64,000 nucleotides of DNA from Octopus sinensis (lineage: Eukaryota): NCBI RefSeq assembly GCF_006345805.1, contig NC_043014.1, positions 54,002,001-54,066,000 of the forward strand. The letters are read 5' to 3'. Position 1 is the first letter of the stretch; every line of letters begins with the position of its first letter. Positions 25,836 to 38,670 of the stretch are shown here, one piece after another. The notes beneath the pieces are model-generated. The model searched no databases, was not told the DNA's origin, and saw only the letters and a list, made by a program, of their open reading frames with translations. The position numbers and the translations under genes are program-made.

Positions 25836-26825
25836 TAATAACGAAAATTTAATGATGTGGAAGGGTGGGGTGGGGGTCTCACTTTTAGACAAAACCACAA
25901 AGTTAGAGAGGAAGAAGTTCAGTCAATCATACGGACCCTAGAATGTTACGAGTATTTATTGTCCCTCAAAATGGTAAATTTGGCTTTTTTGAGAATTGAT
26001 CTCAGAATCTAAAGACAGCAAGCCATTTATTCTAGCAAACCAACATTCCTGCCATTCTGTTGTTATTCTTAATAAGCAAAATAACAAATGTGAATTTGTT
26101 TACAATTCCACTAAACTCTACTTATCTTACATTCTGTAAAACTACCATTGACACTGTTCTTAATAATAACCATCTTTAAAACCACAGAAGCCAACTTTTC
26201 GCAGAAGCTCACTCAGAAATTAACTTTCTTTACAAATAGTTTGAAAAATGTGCATCTATTTTACATATTAAGAGGAGAAAAAAAACCTTCAAAGTTGACA
26301 GAACTCTTTAACAACACCAATTGTTTCTCCGTTGCTTGCAACTGCATAAAACACAAAGAATTACGAGAAGAAGAAAGCATTTTCATTCTCTTTCCACTTC
26401 TTGTTGCAGCCTGTAATACAAGTCTTAAAAGAAAATAATGTTCTCCCTTCACCAAACTTAACCCAGATGTCTTTGTCAACGATATCCCCTTTTTGTGACC
26501 TCATTTCTTACATCCTAAATTAACGAGGCCAAATGTACAGTGGATATGAAACAACATGCGCTGAGAACAAGACAAACGAGTTTCATTAAATGAATTACAT
26601 AAACGTAAGAGATAACGAGATCTTTATGAGATTATAATTTGCTGAAGTATTAAACTTTATTGTTGGAGCAAATGTTTAGAACCTCCATTATGTTTTAATT
26701 AATTAGTTCTGTGATTAGTTCAAGTGTTTTATTGTCAGATTTGCACAATGACCTTTATTTCTAAACTAGGGCAATTATCCACTTGGGTCTCAGTGAATAG
26801 AAACATGGTTTACACACGCACTCAT

Positions 26826-26877
<52 letters not shown>

Positions 26878-26879
26878 GC

Positions 26880-27570
26880 CTGCACGCATGATTGCAACTT
26901 TAATTTAGAAATGAATCTTCCAAGCCTGAGTCTGGTCTGGGACTCTCTCCATACCAAGATTCCATTGAAAGTCTACAGAGCTGTAATGGAATATGGCCAA
27001 CCAATGCCAGACAAGAAAGAAGACTGAATAGCTGCCACTCGGTGAGCGTCTGCCATATTCTGGACATATGCTGACCAGGCAAAGTGTCCAACACAAAAAG
27101 CAGCCTTGTTCCCTGTTCTTCTTCCCTCTGCATTTATATTCTGCTCCAGTTGTGAAGGTTTCATTGTTTGGGCCATGTCCACTGCAGGGTGGATGGTTGT
27201 CTTCTATGGAGAGCTGGCATCCAAGAAGAACTCTATTAGCCGTCACCAGCTGTGCTACAAAAAAACCTGTGAGAAGGACATGAAGGTGTTTGATATCATT
27301 AGGGAATCTTGAGAGAGAGAGAGAGAGCCTTACAGTTGACCATGAAAGTTGAAGGATGTCCTGAACTGGTATTTTGAAATCGGAGAATCAAAACTGTTGA
27401 ATATTGCCACAGAGAAGTGGACATATTCTTGCAAAGGTCACAGCAACACACCAAGTGACCAGCAGGGATGGTCACTCATGGGTTTTGGCTGCACTGAGAC
27501 CACCAGCATTATGCTTCAGACAAACAGAACACCTGCAATAATCCAGAGATTTGCCATTAATTATGTCCTG
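26880..27570 (+). mobile_element. RTE-clade LINE 3' remnant
   Basis: Translates to VFYGELASKKNSISRHQLCYKKTCEKDMK, resembling the RTE ORF2 C-terminal motif (YGEL..G.R..GRP..RYKD..K.DMK). It carries frameshifts and a GA-repeat insertion. Confidence 0.7.
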
Positions 27571-28372
27571 CATCTAACCATTGATCAACCTAAGTCTATC
27601 TTAAACAACATTCTTCTTCTTTAACAATGATATCAAATTCATTATTTTCCTAAGGATCATTACAATATCATCTTTCTCTCTCTCTTTTATCTCCTTCTCT
27701 TTTCCTCTCTCTCCCCCACTCTCTCTTTTTTTATCTTCTTTAAATTCCTGTCCCTTTAATTGCTGCTTATCCTCTTAGAAGACAGTGACATTAATCTCAA
27801 ACCCAGAAAGCATTTAAGGATTAAATTTGAATTATATCTGTAACGATTAAATTAAATTGAGCTGTTATTAATGACATAATACATATTTTTATACGAATCA
27901 ACTCATATATATATGACAACGATGTTTAATATTACATAATAATTAATTAAAGAAAACCACTTCAATAAGTGGAAGGGTTAAGAATACAGGTAAATCATTT
28001 CTGTATGTATTGTTTATAGAATTTAATTTAGTTTTTTGAAATTGGTAATAAGAACTTTGGCTTAGTTATATTCCAAGGTAGATGATTCCATAATACTCTC
28101 AATTCATTTATGAGTCATTTATTCCCTTCCTTTCTCCCCCACCCCACCCCAATTCCATTTTGTGATGTCTGATGGAGTTAGGTGAGAGAAGCTGATGTGT
28201 TTAGAGTTAAGATATGTAAAAATAACTTCTGTGTTAGCAGTGTTTTGGTTCATAATTATAACGAACTTTATTAATTGTTTTATCAGCCAAACACTCTGTG
28301 TGAAACTATAGAAATGTATTTCTATGACTGTTGAATGATGGACTGTAGATATGTCCTGTTGTACATAATATA

Positions 28373-28589
28373 TTTCTTTACTACCCACAAGGGGACAAAC
28401 AAGGACAGACAAAGGGATTAAGTCGATTACATCAACCCCAGTGCATAACTGGTACTTTATTTATCAACCCCGAAAGGATGAAAGGCAAAGTCGACCTCGG
28501 CAGAATTTGAACTCAGAACGTAACCGCAGAAGAAATATCACTAAGCATTTCACCTGGCGCGCTAACGATTTTGCCAGCTCACCGTCTTG
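28373..28589 (-). mobile_element. tRNA-derived SINE, near full length
   Basis: Reverse complement of the 31620 family from head (A/B-box region) to tail (...GTGGGTAGTAAAGAAA). Confidence 0.85.
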
Positions 28590-28614
28590 TACATAATAAT
28601 AATAATAATAATAA

Positions 28615-28907
28615 TCTGAATGTGGAACCTAAGAATAACTTGAATGTGGGGCTTAAAAAACAGAAGCAATCTCTATAATAATAGGTGTGTTAGGTAAGAT
28701 TAAAAGACATTTAGACAAATACATAACAAAAACACCAGGACTTACAAATATATATAACATACAGAAAATAGCACTGCTAGGCACTGCACTCATCCTATGT
28801 AAAGCACTTTCAGTACAGTAAAAATAAGAGCACCACAGCACATACCCAAGGCACACAGAGCTGTGCTCGGTAGTGAAGATGAAAGACAACTGAATAATAA
28901 TAATAAT
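28615..28907 (+). mobile_element. R4/Dong-clade non-LTR retrotransposon 3' end with (TAA)n tail
   Basis: Translates to IIGVLGKIKRHLDKYITKTPGLTNIYNIQKIALLGTALILCKALSVQ*. The (I/L)QKxALLGTAxIL motif is the typical C-terminus of RLE-type elements. Bounded by (TAA)n on both sides. Confidence 0.75.
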
Positions 28908-29600
28908 AAAAGTAAAGGATAAAGATGAGATTGACTGGAATAAGACCTGGCAAAGGCTATGGAAGGGCAACTTGAAAGGCTGCAATGAGGCATTAGTGAG
29001 CAGTGCTAGGGAACAGGCCTCCGAATGGAATAGACTGAGTATCATATTGATAAAAGCACTGACTCTTCACCAATGTAGAATGTGTTCTGGAAGGAGAAAG
29101 CCAAAGCCACCATTGTCAGTGAGTGCAATAAGTTTGCACAGGTACGAATCTGAAAGGAGACATGATGGCCAGGGTATGGGTGCTGGTAGCTGTTTTATGA
29201 AAGAAAAGTTTGTGAAGACAAGCTGGAGAGGGTACTGGAAAAGGGACAATATAAAATCCTCTGGGATATTGATATATAATGTGATCAGGTTATAGAGTCG
29301 AGTCAACCAGATATTAAGCTCATCAATAAAGATGAAAAAGAGGTTAAGGTCATAGGTGTTGTAATTAGCAGGTGATTCAGAAATGAAAGGTAAAGAATGA
29401 GAAAAGATGGAGAAATACCAGCAAATGAGTGACGAGTTGGAAAGGATTTTAGGTATGAAGAGTAACTGGAGCCTTGGGAGCAGTCTGTAAGGGGTTTGAA
29501 AAGATCATGGAGAATATTGGTTTTTACTATCAGAGTTGAAGTGATCCAGAAAATAGTTTTGTTGAGTCTGGGAAAGTGTTGTCTGTTTGAGACAGAGGAG
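28908..29600 (+). mobile_element. Second, older R4/Dong-type remnant (zinc knuckle + restriction-like endonuclease)
   Basis: Frame-shifted motifs: CRMC...TIVSECNKFAQ, RRHD, WDIDI*CDQVIESSQPDIKLINKDEKEVKVI, GDS...EKMEKYQQM, and IQKIVLL. Confidence 0.75.
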
Positions 29601-29999
29601 AAAGCTTTGCTTGAAAACGTTGGTGATTTGTTATTAGCTGCTTTGAAGGAGAGAAAATCTGAGAATTAAGATTTACTTGGGTGTCAGAGGAAAATAATAA
29701 TTAGGATTGTCTGATTATAACACCAACAATTTTGAGAGAAGTGGATAGTCAATGTTATTGACTTCAGGATCTAGCTTGTACCTTATTCTGTCGAACTCCT
29801 CGAGGGATGGAGGACAAAGTTTATTCCAGTAGGATTTGAAATCACAATGTAAAGAGTTTCTGCTAAACATTTTGTCCCTGGGTCAAACAATTATTCCAAA
29901 CATATTAATAAATATAATTGTTGCTTAGTTTGTATGTTAAATAAATGTTAACATAGTTAATACAAAGGAGCATGGGAGAATCTAATCAGGCGGCATTTT

Positions 30000-30227
30000 G
30001 GTGTTCTCCGCATTAAATTCGTTAAGACTAACTTAACTATCGTTATTTCATACAGAGGCGTCTCTGAGTAGCTCTTCTCGCACAAGGTGCTCCCTCTGTG
30101 TTGAAAAAAAAATTATGTTTCAGTTATCTCCCTTGCAGTAGCGAACCACATCGCTTTCCCACGTGCGATTTCGCTCCATTTCACTGAGTCGGCTTTTCTC
30201 ATTTGCTTTACAAAAAACTCTTCAAAA
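30000..30227 (+). promoter_or_regulatory. Probable NOP10 promoter/5' UTR with E-box CACGTG (30160-30165)
   Basis: CpG-containing stretch in otherwise CpG-poor DNA immediately upstream of the NOP10 ATG. The E-box is directly visible. The TSS is not determinable. Confidence 0.45.
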
Positions 30228-30281
30228 ATGCTTTTAATGTATTATTTCAATGAAAAGGGAGAAAAGGTTTATACCTTAAAG
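30228..30281 (+). CDS. NOP10: H/ACA ribonucleoprotein complex subunit 3, coding exon 1 (MLLMYYFNEKGEKVYTLK)
   Basis: ATG at 30228, 18 codons, GT donor (GTAACA) at 30282. Matches the NOP10 N-terminus. Missed by the ORF track. Confidence 0.95.
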
Positions 30282-31619
30282 GTAACAATTGCTATTTCTT
30301 TTTACTAATGTTTTCTTTTTTTTTACTTTTAAATACGTTTTACTTTAACGTATTGGAAGAAATGCGTCGTCGAAATGGTCAGAAAACACATTTTTGGAAT
30401 AAGCAATTCTTTCCCAAAAGAATATTTTACGAAATTGCTTTCCGCGCATTTTTCTTTCCATATTCGTTTCCTACACATGTTTTTTACACCCGTTGCACTA
30501 ATTTCCTTTCTTTGATTTCGTTTCCGGGGAATATTGTAAACATTAACCAAACTTTTTTCTTAAAATGATCCAAATTAAACCTTCCTTTAAAATTTTACCT
30601 TAATTTTGTTCCAAAGACCAGCTTAATGATGTTATTTTACTAAATTCCGGATTATTTTTTAAAACTTAATTAAAACAAAGACTGTATTTCTACGGAAATA
30701 CTAATAAAAGGCCCAGGAAAGTGGCCGGCATCTGATTCGATCGCATGACGAAGACCTTGACAATATCACTAGATTTTTGTTGATTAAATTAATTTTCTCT
30801 TTTTCTGATCTTGTAAATTTTATGAGGTTTTGATGCTTTCCCGTGTGGAACTTTCGGTTTGGAATATCAGAACAAATTTGTGAAATAGGCCAAAGCTAAA
30901 TTCCATGTTATTAATACAGTCAAGTCTTCTTAGCACCACGTAGTTAATTACAATTAATATCTAACAGTTTATTTTAATTGAAATAAGTAAAGTGGTAAGC
31001 ATGTAACAATGTAGTCTAATTAGAAACGAAACCAACCGTACAATTTGGTTTCAGGAATTACCGAAACATAAAACACCTGGTTTGAAGTCGGTACCTAATA
31101 GGTAACTGTGGAGAATAGCGACCTAATTTTATGAAAAACAAATCTGGGTCATGAATATAAATATCATAGTTTACTTGAAAGATGGAACCACAAAATAGTG
31201 TTTGCTATTTTTTCGTTACTTCAGGGACAAAAAAAGAAATACTTGAATTTTGAAAAGACATGTTATTACGACGAGAGATAAAAAATACACGTTTTGGTTA
31301 CTTCTAGACATTTAATAACGCACAAGAGAAATGTTTCTTTTTAAAAACCGTGTATTACAAGAATAAAAAAACAAAACATTTTGGTGACTTTTATTAAGTA
31401 TTTTATTAAATATTTAAAAAAATTTCTAAGATGTTATGGTGTATATAAATTATCAGCAATTTATAAACAGTTTTCGTTTCAGCAAACCAGGTTGTTTTTA
31501 TACATTCCCTCTTTTTCTGTCACCAGCTGATCTCTGTTACATCTCTTCAATCTGACCGACAGATTAAAAAATTTTTTAAAACTAAAACTTCGAAATATCG
31601 GATACTGGTAGAATGTGTA

Positions 31620-32029
31620 AGGCGGCGGGCTGGCAGAGACGTTAGCACGCCGGGCGAAATGCTTAGCAATATTTCGTCAGTCGTTACGTTCTGAGTTCAA
31701 ATTCCGCCGAGGTCGACTTTGCCTTTCATCCTTTCGGGGTCGATTAAATAAGTACCAGTTATGCACTGGGGTCGAAGTAATCGACTTAAACCGTTTGTCT
31801 GTCCTCTTTGTGTTTAGCCCCTTGTGGGTAGTAAAGAAATAGGTATTTCGTCTGCCGTTACGTTCTGAGTTCAAATTCCGCCGAGATCGACTTTGCTTTT
31901 CATCCTTTCGGGGTCGATAAATTAAGTACCAGTTACGCACTGGGGTCGATATAATCGACTTAATCCCTTTGTCTGTCCTTGTTTGTCCTCTCTGTGTTTA
32001 GCCCCTTGTGGGCAATAAAGAAATAAGAA
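31620..32029 (+). mobile_element. tRNA-derived SINE: full copy (31620-31841) plus a head-truncated tandem copy (31842-32029)
   Basis: A-box-like TGGCAGAGACGTT, B-box-like GAGTTCAAATTCC, central TCGACTTTGCCTTTCATCCTTTCGGGGTCGAT domain and A-rich tail AAAGAAATA. Confidence 0.9.
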
Positions 32030-32459
32030 TGTGTTACATAGAACAGGGTTTACTCTTAACGTCTTTGACAAAATTTTGTATTTTAGAAGTTATTTCGTGT
32101 TAAAGTTGTCATATTTGGGTAATTTTAACCAATCAATGACGTGTATTCAGCTGAAGAAAATTACTGCTGCTGTTTGCGAACAACAACTTCTGGGTCCACT
32201 CCCTTAACAAAGCCCTTCTTTAATAACCAGAGATGTTTTTATAGCAACATAGGTTTGAGGCTAAAGAACAACAGAATTATTACTGAGACAGACCAACGAC
32301 GGAGCCTGTAATGTGGTTGCATGACCTGCTAGAAAAAGTAGCCAAACTTTTTATATACAGAATAGAAAAACCTCAATCACCGAGCTGTCTCCTTGCTCAG
32401 TGATATTTCCCTCTGGCTAAACACAGTTTTTTTTTTTCACTGAAATTGTAAAACGAGTG

Positions 32460-32640
32460 ACACCGCTTGTATGACAGTGACTCTTGTTTATACTATCATG
32501 CGCTGTTGAGACAAGGGCGCACGAGGGCTTCTTTCAGTTTCCGTCTATCAAATCTACTCGCAAGGCTTTGGCTGGCCCTGGGCTATAGAAGGAAATGCCC
32601 ATGGTGCCACGTAGCGGGACTGAAACCTAAACCTTGTTGA
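32460..32640 (-). mobile_element. Second SINE family copy (as at 50381)
   Basis: Reverse complement of GGTTTCAGTCCCGCTACGTGGCACC...CCAAAGCCTTGCGAGTAGATTTGATAGACGGAAACTGAAAGAAGCCC. Confidence 0.75.
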
Positions 32641-32899
32641 TGTGAGAAGAAATTATCAACCCTACAGCTGTATTCGTGTCTAAATATCCCGAATAAAGTG
32701 GGTTCTGTTGCTTGCTACTTTTTCGTTACTTCAGGGACAAAAAACGAAACCCTTTAATTTTAAAAGGATATATACTGGGAATAAACTCGTAGTATATCCA
32801 GTTTTCAAGAACTCTGCTTACCGTTCCTTTCTCTCTCAATACTGACCTCTCCGCCTCTTGAATACCAAAAGCAAGTTGTTTGAATCCACCATTAGCGAA

Positions 32900-33450
32900 C
32901 TGTCGTCATCTTTGTCTTTTAGTTAAAACCAATTTCTTATCTGCCGGTGACATGCAATAATCCCTCGTCTCTGTGGGGTTGCTTCTGGTTATAGCATATC
33001 TGGCAACGACCCTTCTGCCATCCAGTAATCCTTGACAAGAAGTGTTCAGGTTTCCACCTGTGGCCAATCTGTTATCACGAATGCAGGTACGCCACTGTAA
33101 TCTCTGCTCTTTCTACTCTCTATTAAGGATTTACCTAACAAACTAATAAAATCTATTATTAATTATATTTGCTGATGATATCACACAGTCACTCCTTCGA
33201 TCTGGTAGCAGAGCCTTTCAGTGGCTTAACTGGGATTCTAAAATGAGGAAATTGAATGGCTTAAATGCTTCCAAGATCAACCCAGTATCTTTGCATCCCA
33301 TCATGAAATTCCAAATTTTTGTATTCTTTTCATAGACAGGACTGCTTTGAAGGAATCTCCTTTTTTGATAGACCTTTAAGTCTTAAATTCTCACCTGATT
33401 TAAGATAGAATTCTACATTCATGTTGCCAGGATGGCAGCTAGAATGGTGG
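32900..33450 (+). mobile_element. Heavily decayed LINE reverse-transcriptase fragment (CR1/Jockey-like)
   Basis: LLLIIFADDIT resembles the RT YADD motif; downstream LKFSPDLR...VARMAARMVG is recovered with frameshifts. Confidence 0.45.
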
Positions 33451-33849
33451 GCTTGATGGTTTCTACAGTTGGATGCCCTTCCTAATGCCAAACACCTTTA
33501 TATGGCACCAGAAGCAAGACAAGACTCCTTAACTGAGCAGGGAGTAGTGTTGAGGGAGGTGGCTTTGTGCCAGGAAATGAGACGTTAGAGTATGAATAGA
33601 GGGACAGAAATAGGTGTCTTGCAGTAGAGGAGATACATGGCTACCCCAGAAGGAGAAAGAGAGAGCAGAGAGTGAGGAACTATAATGAGTGGGCAGAAGT
33701 TGAGAGAGCAGTGTTCAGGAGGGTTTGTTATGAGAAGGAGATTTGACAGGGACACAGGTGCAGATAGGTTTGCAAGGGAGAGTGGGAGATAGAAGGGGGG
33801 GGGGCAATACAGTAAATGGGGAACCTGGGGAGGGGGAGGGACAATGCCT

Positions 33850-34170
33850 TTAGAGCCTTAATTTCACATCTTCCCAAGTACATGGAATTACCAATCACCT
33901 TGCCCTCTCCTTGATGAGGTTCATCTTTACATCATTTTACATCACTTCATCCCATGTCTTCCTCTTCTACAGGTTCCCTCCACATTTGAAGACCCATACT
34001 TTCTCATGCCACTCTCTTCATCCATCTGCATCTCACGATCAAACCAGTGCAGTCTTCTCTCTTGCACAACCACAGCTGATGCCACTTCTTCTGTCCAACA
34101 TTTCTCTGAAATCATTTACACTCTTTCGTACATGTTACAGGCATTACCCATCACGCAGAGCTTGCTGCTT
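33850..34170 (-). mobile_element. RTE LINE C-terminal remnant
   Basis: Minus strand VVQERRLHWFDREMQMDEES resembles the RTE motif RRLRW.GHV.RMD. Confidence 0.6.
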
Positions 34171-34419
34171 TCATATCTTTCAAGCCTCCACATCTCCCCT
34201 GCAGTCACAGCCCATATTTCACTGCCATCTAGCATAGCTCTTCATTCACAACCATTATACAGTCTGTCTTTCACCCTGAGGGAGAGAGAGACCCTTTGGT
34301 ATCATTCTGAACTTGGCTCAGCCGGTTCTTATTTGAGCAATTATGCTTTCAGAGCATCGTCCACTTCTGCTAATTTGCTTATTTAGGTAACAAAAAACTT
34401 TCTACTAACAAATATCAAA

Positions 34420-34885
34420 TGGAAATTGTAGTTATGATACCTGTGCTGGCGGCACGTAAAAAGCAGCATCTGAACGTGGCCGATGCCAGCGCCACCTTGA
34501 CTGGCATCTGTGCTGGTGGCACATGACCTGCTGTGCTTGAGGAGCCCTATTGAGTCAAGTACATCGACATCAAAATAAATATCAAATGGAAATTGTAGTT
34601 ATGGTACCTTCTGAACGTAGCCGATACCAGCCGTGACTGGCTTCTGTGTCAGTGGCACGTAAAAAGCACCAACCAATCCTGGCTGCTGCCAGCCTCCCCT
34701 GGCACCCGTGCCGGTGGCTTGTAAATTAAGTCTTGGAGTGGTTGGTGTTAGGAAGGGCATCCAGCTGTAGAAACACTGCCAGATAAGACTGGAGCCTGGT
34801 GCAGCCTCCTGGCTTCCCAGACTCCGGTCGAATCGTCCTACTCGTGCTAGCACTGAAAACAGACGTTAAATGATGATGCTGATGT
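34420..34885 (+). mobile_element. RTE 3' UTR/tail copy with internal duplication
   Basis: Ends GAAAACAGACGTTAAATGATGATG. The segment AAATATCAAATGGAAATTGTAGTTATG occurs twice (near 34410 and 34578). Confidence 0.75.
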
Positions 34886-35964
34886 AAGGATCCTCCTGGG
34901 CATTGAAGGAAATCCATTTCCTGTTTGTTCTGAGTGATTATTCTCCCTGCACACCTACGACACACAAAAAACCACTTTCTCCGTTAACCTTCTTGTGAGA
35001 TTCTTCCACCTCTTATGTTTCCATAGCTTGCCCATTTGCAATTTCTGCCTCTACCTTTCCTGTGTATCAAGAGTTTAGTAATTAGTCTTCTCTCCTGCTT
35101 ACTAGTACTTTGGTCTTTGCTAAATTAAAGACCTTTTGATTTCAGACCTTGCTTCCACACTTAAAATTTCTTCTGCTACAGGGTCAGCCGTGTCACTTCG
35201 TCCTTTGCCTAAAAGCGATCTGTGGGCCTTGCTTGGGGTGATTTCAAGTAAAGAAAAAATATTTATTAGTTTTGAATGCTGAGAAAGAAAAATGACCCCA
35301 TATACAGAAATTAATTAGAAAATACGGTTTTGAATAATTTATGTTTATTTATAAAATTAATTTGGCTGAATGTGAATTAATATACCAAACATTAACAGCA
35401 TTGGCAGAGTTTACCACCATAAGATTCTAAATTGGGTTTGTTTTCATCTTTGGCACAAAGTCAGTTTTGTATTGGCTAAATTATAGAAAGATAACATTTG
35501 CAGAGTTGTTAATAGATAAAAATAAACAGAGGCGATTAGCTTCATCATCTTCTTCTCCACCAATCAACATCTTGCCTTGAAAACAAACAAAACCTCTCTA
35601 TCAAAGAAAATTGATTTCAGCAATGATGTTTTCATAAAACTATATTTTTTTTAAAACATTCTCATGTTGCCATCTGTTTTTTTTTTTTAAGTTACCATTT
35701 TCAGCTGTAAAAAAATACTAAAAATAATTTTGGAAAGTACAATATGATTTGTACATTATTAAAAACTAGAAGAGGAAAAGAAACCCTTTAGATATACGTA
35801 TTTTATTAGATTTTAAATTAACAGAAATGCTTGATTTACAATAGAAAATATTGGCAAAAAATATTTGATTTTTACAAACAAATTGCAAAGCCATCATTTT
35901 GTCAGTTTCTCTCTTTAGCCATTCGCATCTCTCGCTTTTTTTATCCTTAATTACAAACACATAC

Positions 35965-36170
35965 ATGTCATCGTTATAATTTAATGTCCGTTTTCCTTGC
36001 TGGCATGGGTTGGACAGTTTGACAGGAACAAGGCAAGCCACAGCTGTGCTAAGCCCCAGTGTCAGCTTCAGCATGATTTCTATGGCCCAAAAGCCCTTTC
36101 CCAATGCCAACCACTTTACAGTGTGTACCCGGGGTACTTTTTCTGTGGCACCAGCACTTGAGTGGTTGCC
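35965..36170 (-). mobile_element. RTE-tailed repeat copy
   Basis: Contains TTTAATGTCCGTTTTCCTTGCTGGCATGGGTTGGACAG...CCCAATGCCAACCAC. Confidence 0.7.
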
Positions 36171-36689
36171 AAGTTAGATGCAAAGCAGAAGAGGAAAGGA
36201 AAAGCCCCCACGACTAAGTGTGGGGAAGGTATTTGGAAGAGGGAGGTGGCTTTATGTTAGGTGTTGAGAGGCGAAAAAGGGACAAGGCATAAAGGGTGTC
36301 TTGTTATAGGGGAGATACATGGCTACCCGGACATTTTATAAGGGTGGCTAGTTGTAGTAACTGGGAAGAAGAGGAAGATACAGAAAAAAGATGTGATGAT
36401 GTGTCAGAGCAAACTGTGGAGGGAGGGGAGGGGACAGGGAGGGGAGGGGAGGGAAGAGGTGAGGTTCAGTTGGTGGGAAGTATTGGGGTGGAGAAGTGGT
36501 TCAGGATGGAGGGTAGATTGGGAGGTGTGAGGGTGGATGTTTGTGTGTTTAGAGGGTGGACATGCCGGTGGCTATGAGAGGGTGATGAGAATGATAGCAG
36601 GTATATGAGGTGGTAAGATGGAATATGGATGAGGGAAGAAAGGAGCAGTCGTAGTGGTATTAATGACTAATTCCTTCTACTATGAGCAC

Positions 36690-37260
36690 AAGGCCTGAAA
36701 TGTTTTTTATTGGAGGGGCTGGCCAATTACATTGACCCTATTGCTCAGCTGGGGCTTATTTCATCAACCCCAAAAGGGTGAAAAGCAAAGTCAATGTTGG
36801 TGGAATTTGAACTCTGAACCTAGAGATGGATGGACTGCCACCACCAAGCATTTCCCCCTTCATGCTAACAATTTGTGCCAGTTCAGCACCTTTGTCGATT
36901 TATAAGAATAATAATTTATTCTTTTAGCGGCAAATAGAATGGATTATTCTTGTAATTTTTATGAGATGCCAAGCATGTCTCAACCCGTTCTGCCACTCAC
37001 TTCTCTAAAGAGACGTTTGTATACCTGTGGGCACGTGTTTACCTCTGTCTGTGTCTGTGTGTATGTGAAAGTGTGTGGCTTAGTGGTTATGGTGTAGTGC
37101 TGAAGATTGTAAGATTGTGGTTTCAATTCCAGGACCAGGCAATGCATTGTATTCTTGAGCAGAACACTTCCCTTTACCTTACTCCAGCCCACTCAGCTGG
37201 CAAATGGGAGTGATTCTGCAACAGACTAGCTTTCCATCCAGGTGAGCAATATTTACGGCA
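36690..37260. mobile_element. Two decayed SINEs (minus 36690-36895; plus 37070-37260)
   Basis: The first resembles the reverse complement of the 31620 family. The second has a tRNA-like head GTGTGGCTTAGTGGTTA...GGTTTCAATTCC. Confidence 0.55.
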
Positions 37261-37329
37261 CAGAATCCAGGAAAACAATCTTATAAGCCAATGGCTTGAG
37301 AAGGACTTTTGACCCTTTTTTTCCAATGA

Positions 37330-38550
37330 ATACCTTTCTGTGTCTCTCATTCATGCACCTGTTCTTTTTAATTGTCTCCTCACCCAAGATCTACAATATG
37401 CTATCAAAGGCCATTTAGAGGATGGTCATAGCACTTTTGGGCACTTCTTGTGGCGCTGGGCAAATTTGAGGGTGGTGCAGCGGGCTGGCTTGTCCCTCAT
37501 TCAGTTCCTTGCTTGGCTCTGCTGAGGATTACATCTTGGATGTTACAACGGTGGATGATGACAAAACCAAATGCCATTGTTTGGACTCCATTCATGTTTT
37601 ACCCTTTTTGGTTCTTTTTTTATTTTTATAATCCTGAGATCGTGTAGTGAGGCAGAGAAGACCATTGCTGTTCATCTTTCCGACACCGTGTCTACCGAGC
37701 TCCCCCCCTCCACTGATTTTGATCAACTCAGGTGTTGAACTCCAGCAAGATCAGCTTCTCAGTGGCTGGTGCTGGACGTAAGGTACAGCCCAGGTTGGTG
37801 TAAAACTGACCTGTGGTTTCTGTGGGACTGGTCATGGTGGGAGCATAAGCACTGATACTAGTTGCACGATGGTTTTCAGCAAGGAGGGCATCAATGTTTT
37901 GCTCATGCTGACCGGCAGAGACCGGTTCCACTAGGTTGCTGCTCTGTATTGCAAAACCCTGTGAACCCTGTCCTCCTTTTGCACCTTCCCCCTGCAGAAC
38001 CTTCAATCCTCGTCAAGTTCATTGAGGCAACCTTCATCTCCAAAGCCTGCTTCCCTTCACTGCTGCAATATCCATTGCATAATCTAACAAGCAAATTTGC
38101 TGCCTTTGGGTGCTGGTCTCCTTCAAAGTCCCATCACATTTTTCTGGTCCAGTAAAGTAAGAATGGTCCTTACTACCAGAAGCAGTTTCTTATTCTTTCG
38201 GTTTTGACTGTTTTTGGGTGATCCATCAGTTGCAGTTAACTGGCCAGATGGCCTAGGGTGGGCAATGTTTAGGGCCCACCTTTTCTAGGTCTCTCCCTGA
38301 ATACAGGGTGGATAGTGCTGCAATGGGTTCAGAGGGAATGACCACTTGTCCAAGGACTGCCTAAATGCAGGTTCATAGTTGCAACTCAGTGGTCACCTCC
38401 ACCTGTTGTGCTCAATTGCCACAGGAATTTAGAAAGGAGAGACAGGTATACAATACGAAGACCTTTGGGGAAACCTCAGCACAGAAACAGTCCGATTCTT
38501 TGCCCGTTGGGGGTCCACTGGCCTGAAGAGCCCCAATATCACGTGAGAGT
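37330..38550 (-). mobile_element. RTE-clade LINE 5' remnant (APE endonuclease domain) in the NOP10 intron
   Basis: Minus strand translates to ATSISAYAPTMTSPTETTGQFYTNL...EKLILL(E)FN...GELGRHGVGKMNSNGLL and (S)KQWHLV..II. These are APE motifs of RTE elements (SAYAPT, LGDFN, GRHGVGKMN), with many stops and frameshifts. Confidence 0.8.
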
Positions 38551-38670
38551 GGTCTCATTTCATGTAGTTGTCATTTGAAATTATATTTCTATGTTCTTCA
38601 AATGTAGCCTTTTTTTTTGTGTTATTTTTGTTACTTGTTAAATAATTTGTCTTGTTTTTTGTTTTTCCAG

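Noticed and set aside
30740-30812. C/D-box snoRNA in the NOP10 intron (ATGACGA ... CTGA)
   Set aside because: The C box is imperfect, there is no terminal stem and the interior is AT-rich with no evident rRNA complementarity.
31620-31720. tRNA gene
   Set aside because: The A/B-box-like motifs belong to a multi-copy SINE head; no cloverleaf can be formed.
37728-38155. Nested protein-coding gene in the NOP10 intron (ORFs 37728-38006, 37903-38094)
   Set aside because: These are frame-shifted pieces of an RTE LINE endonuclease.
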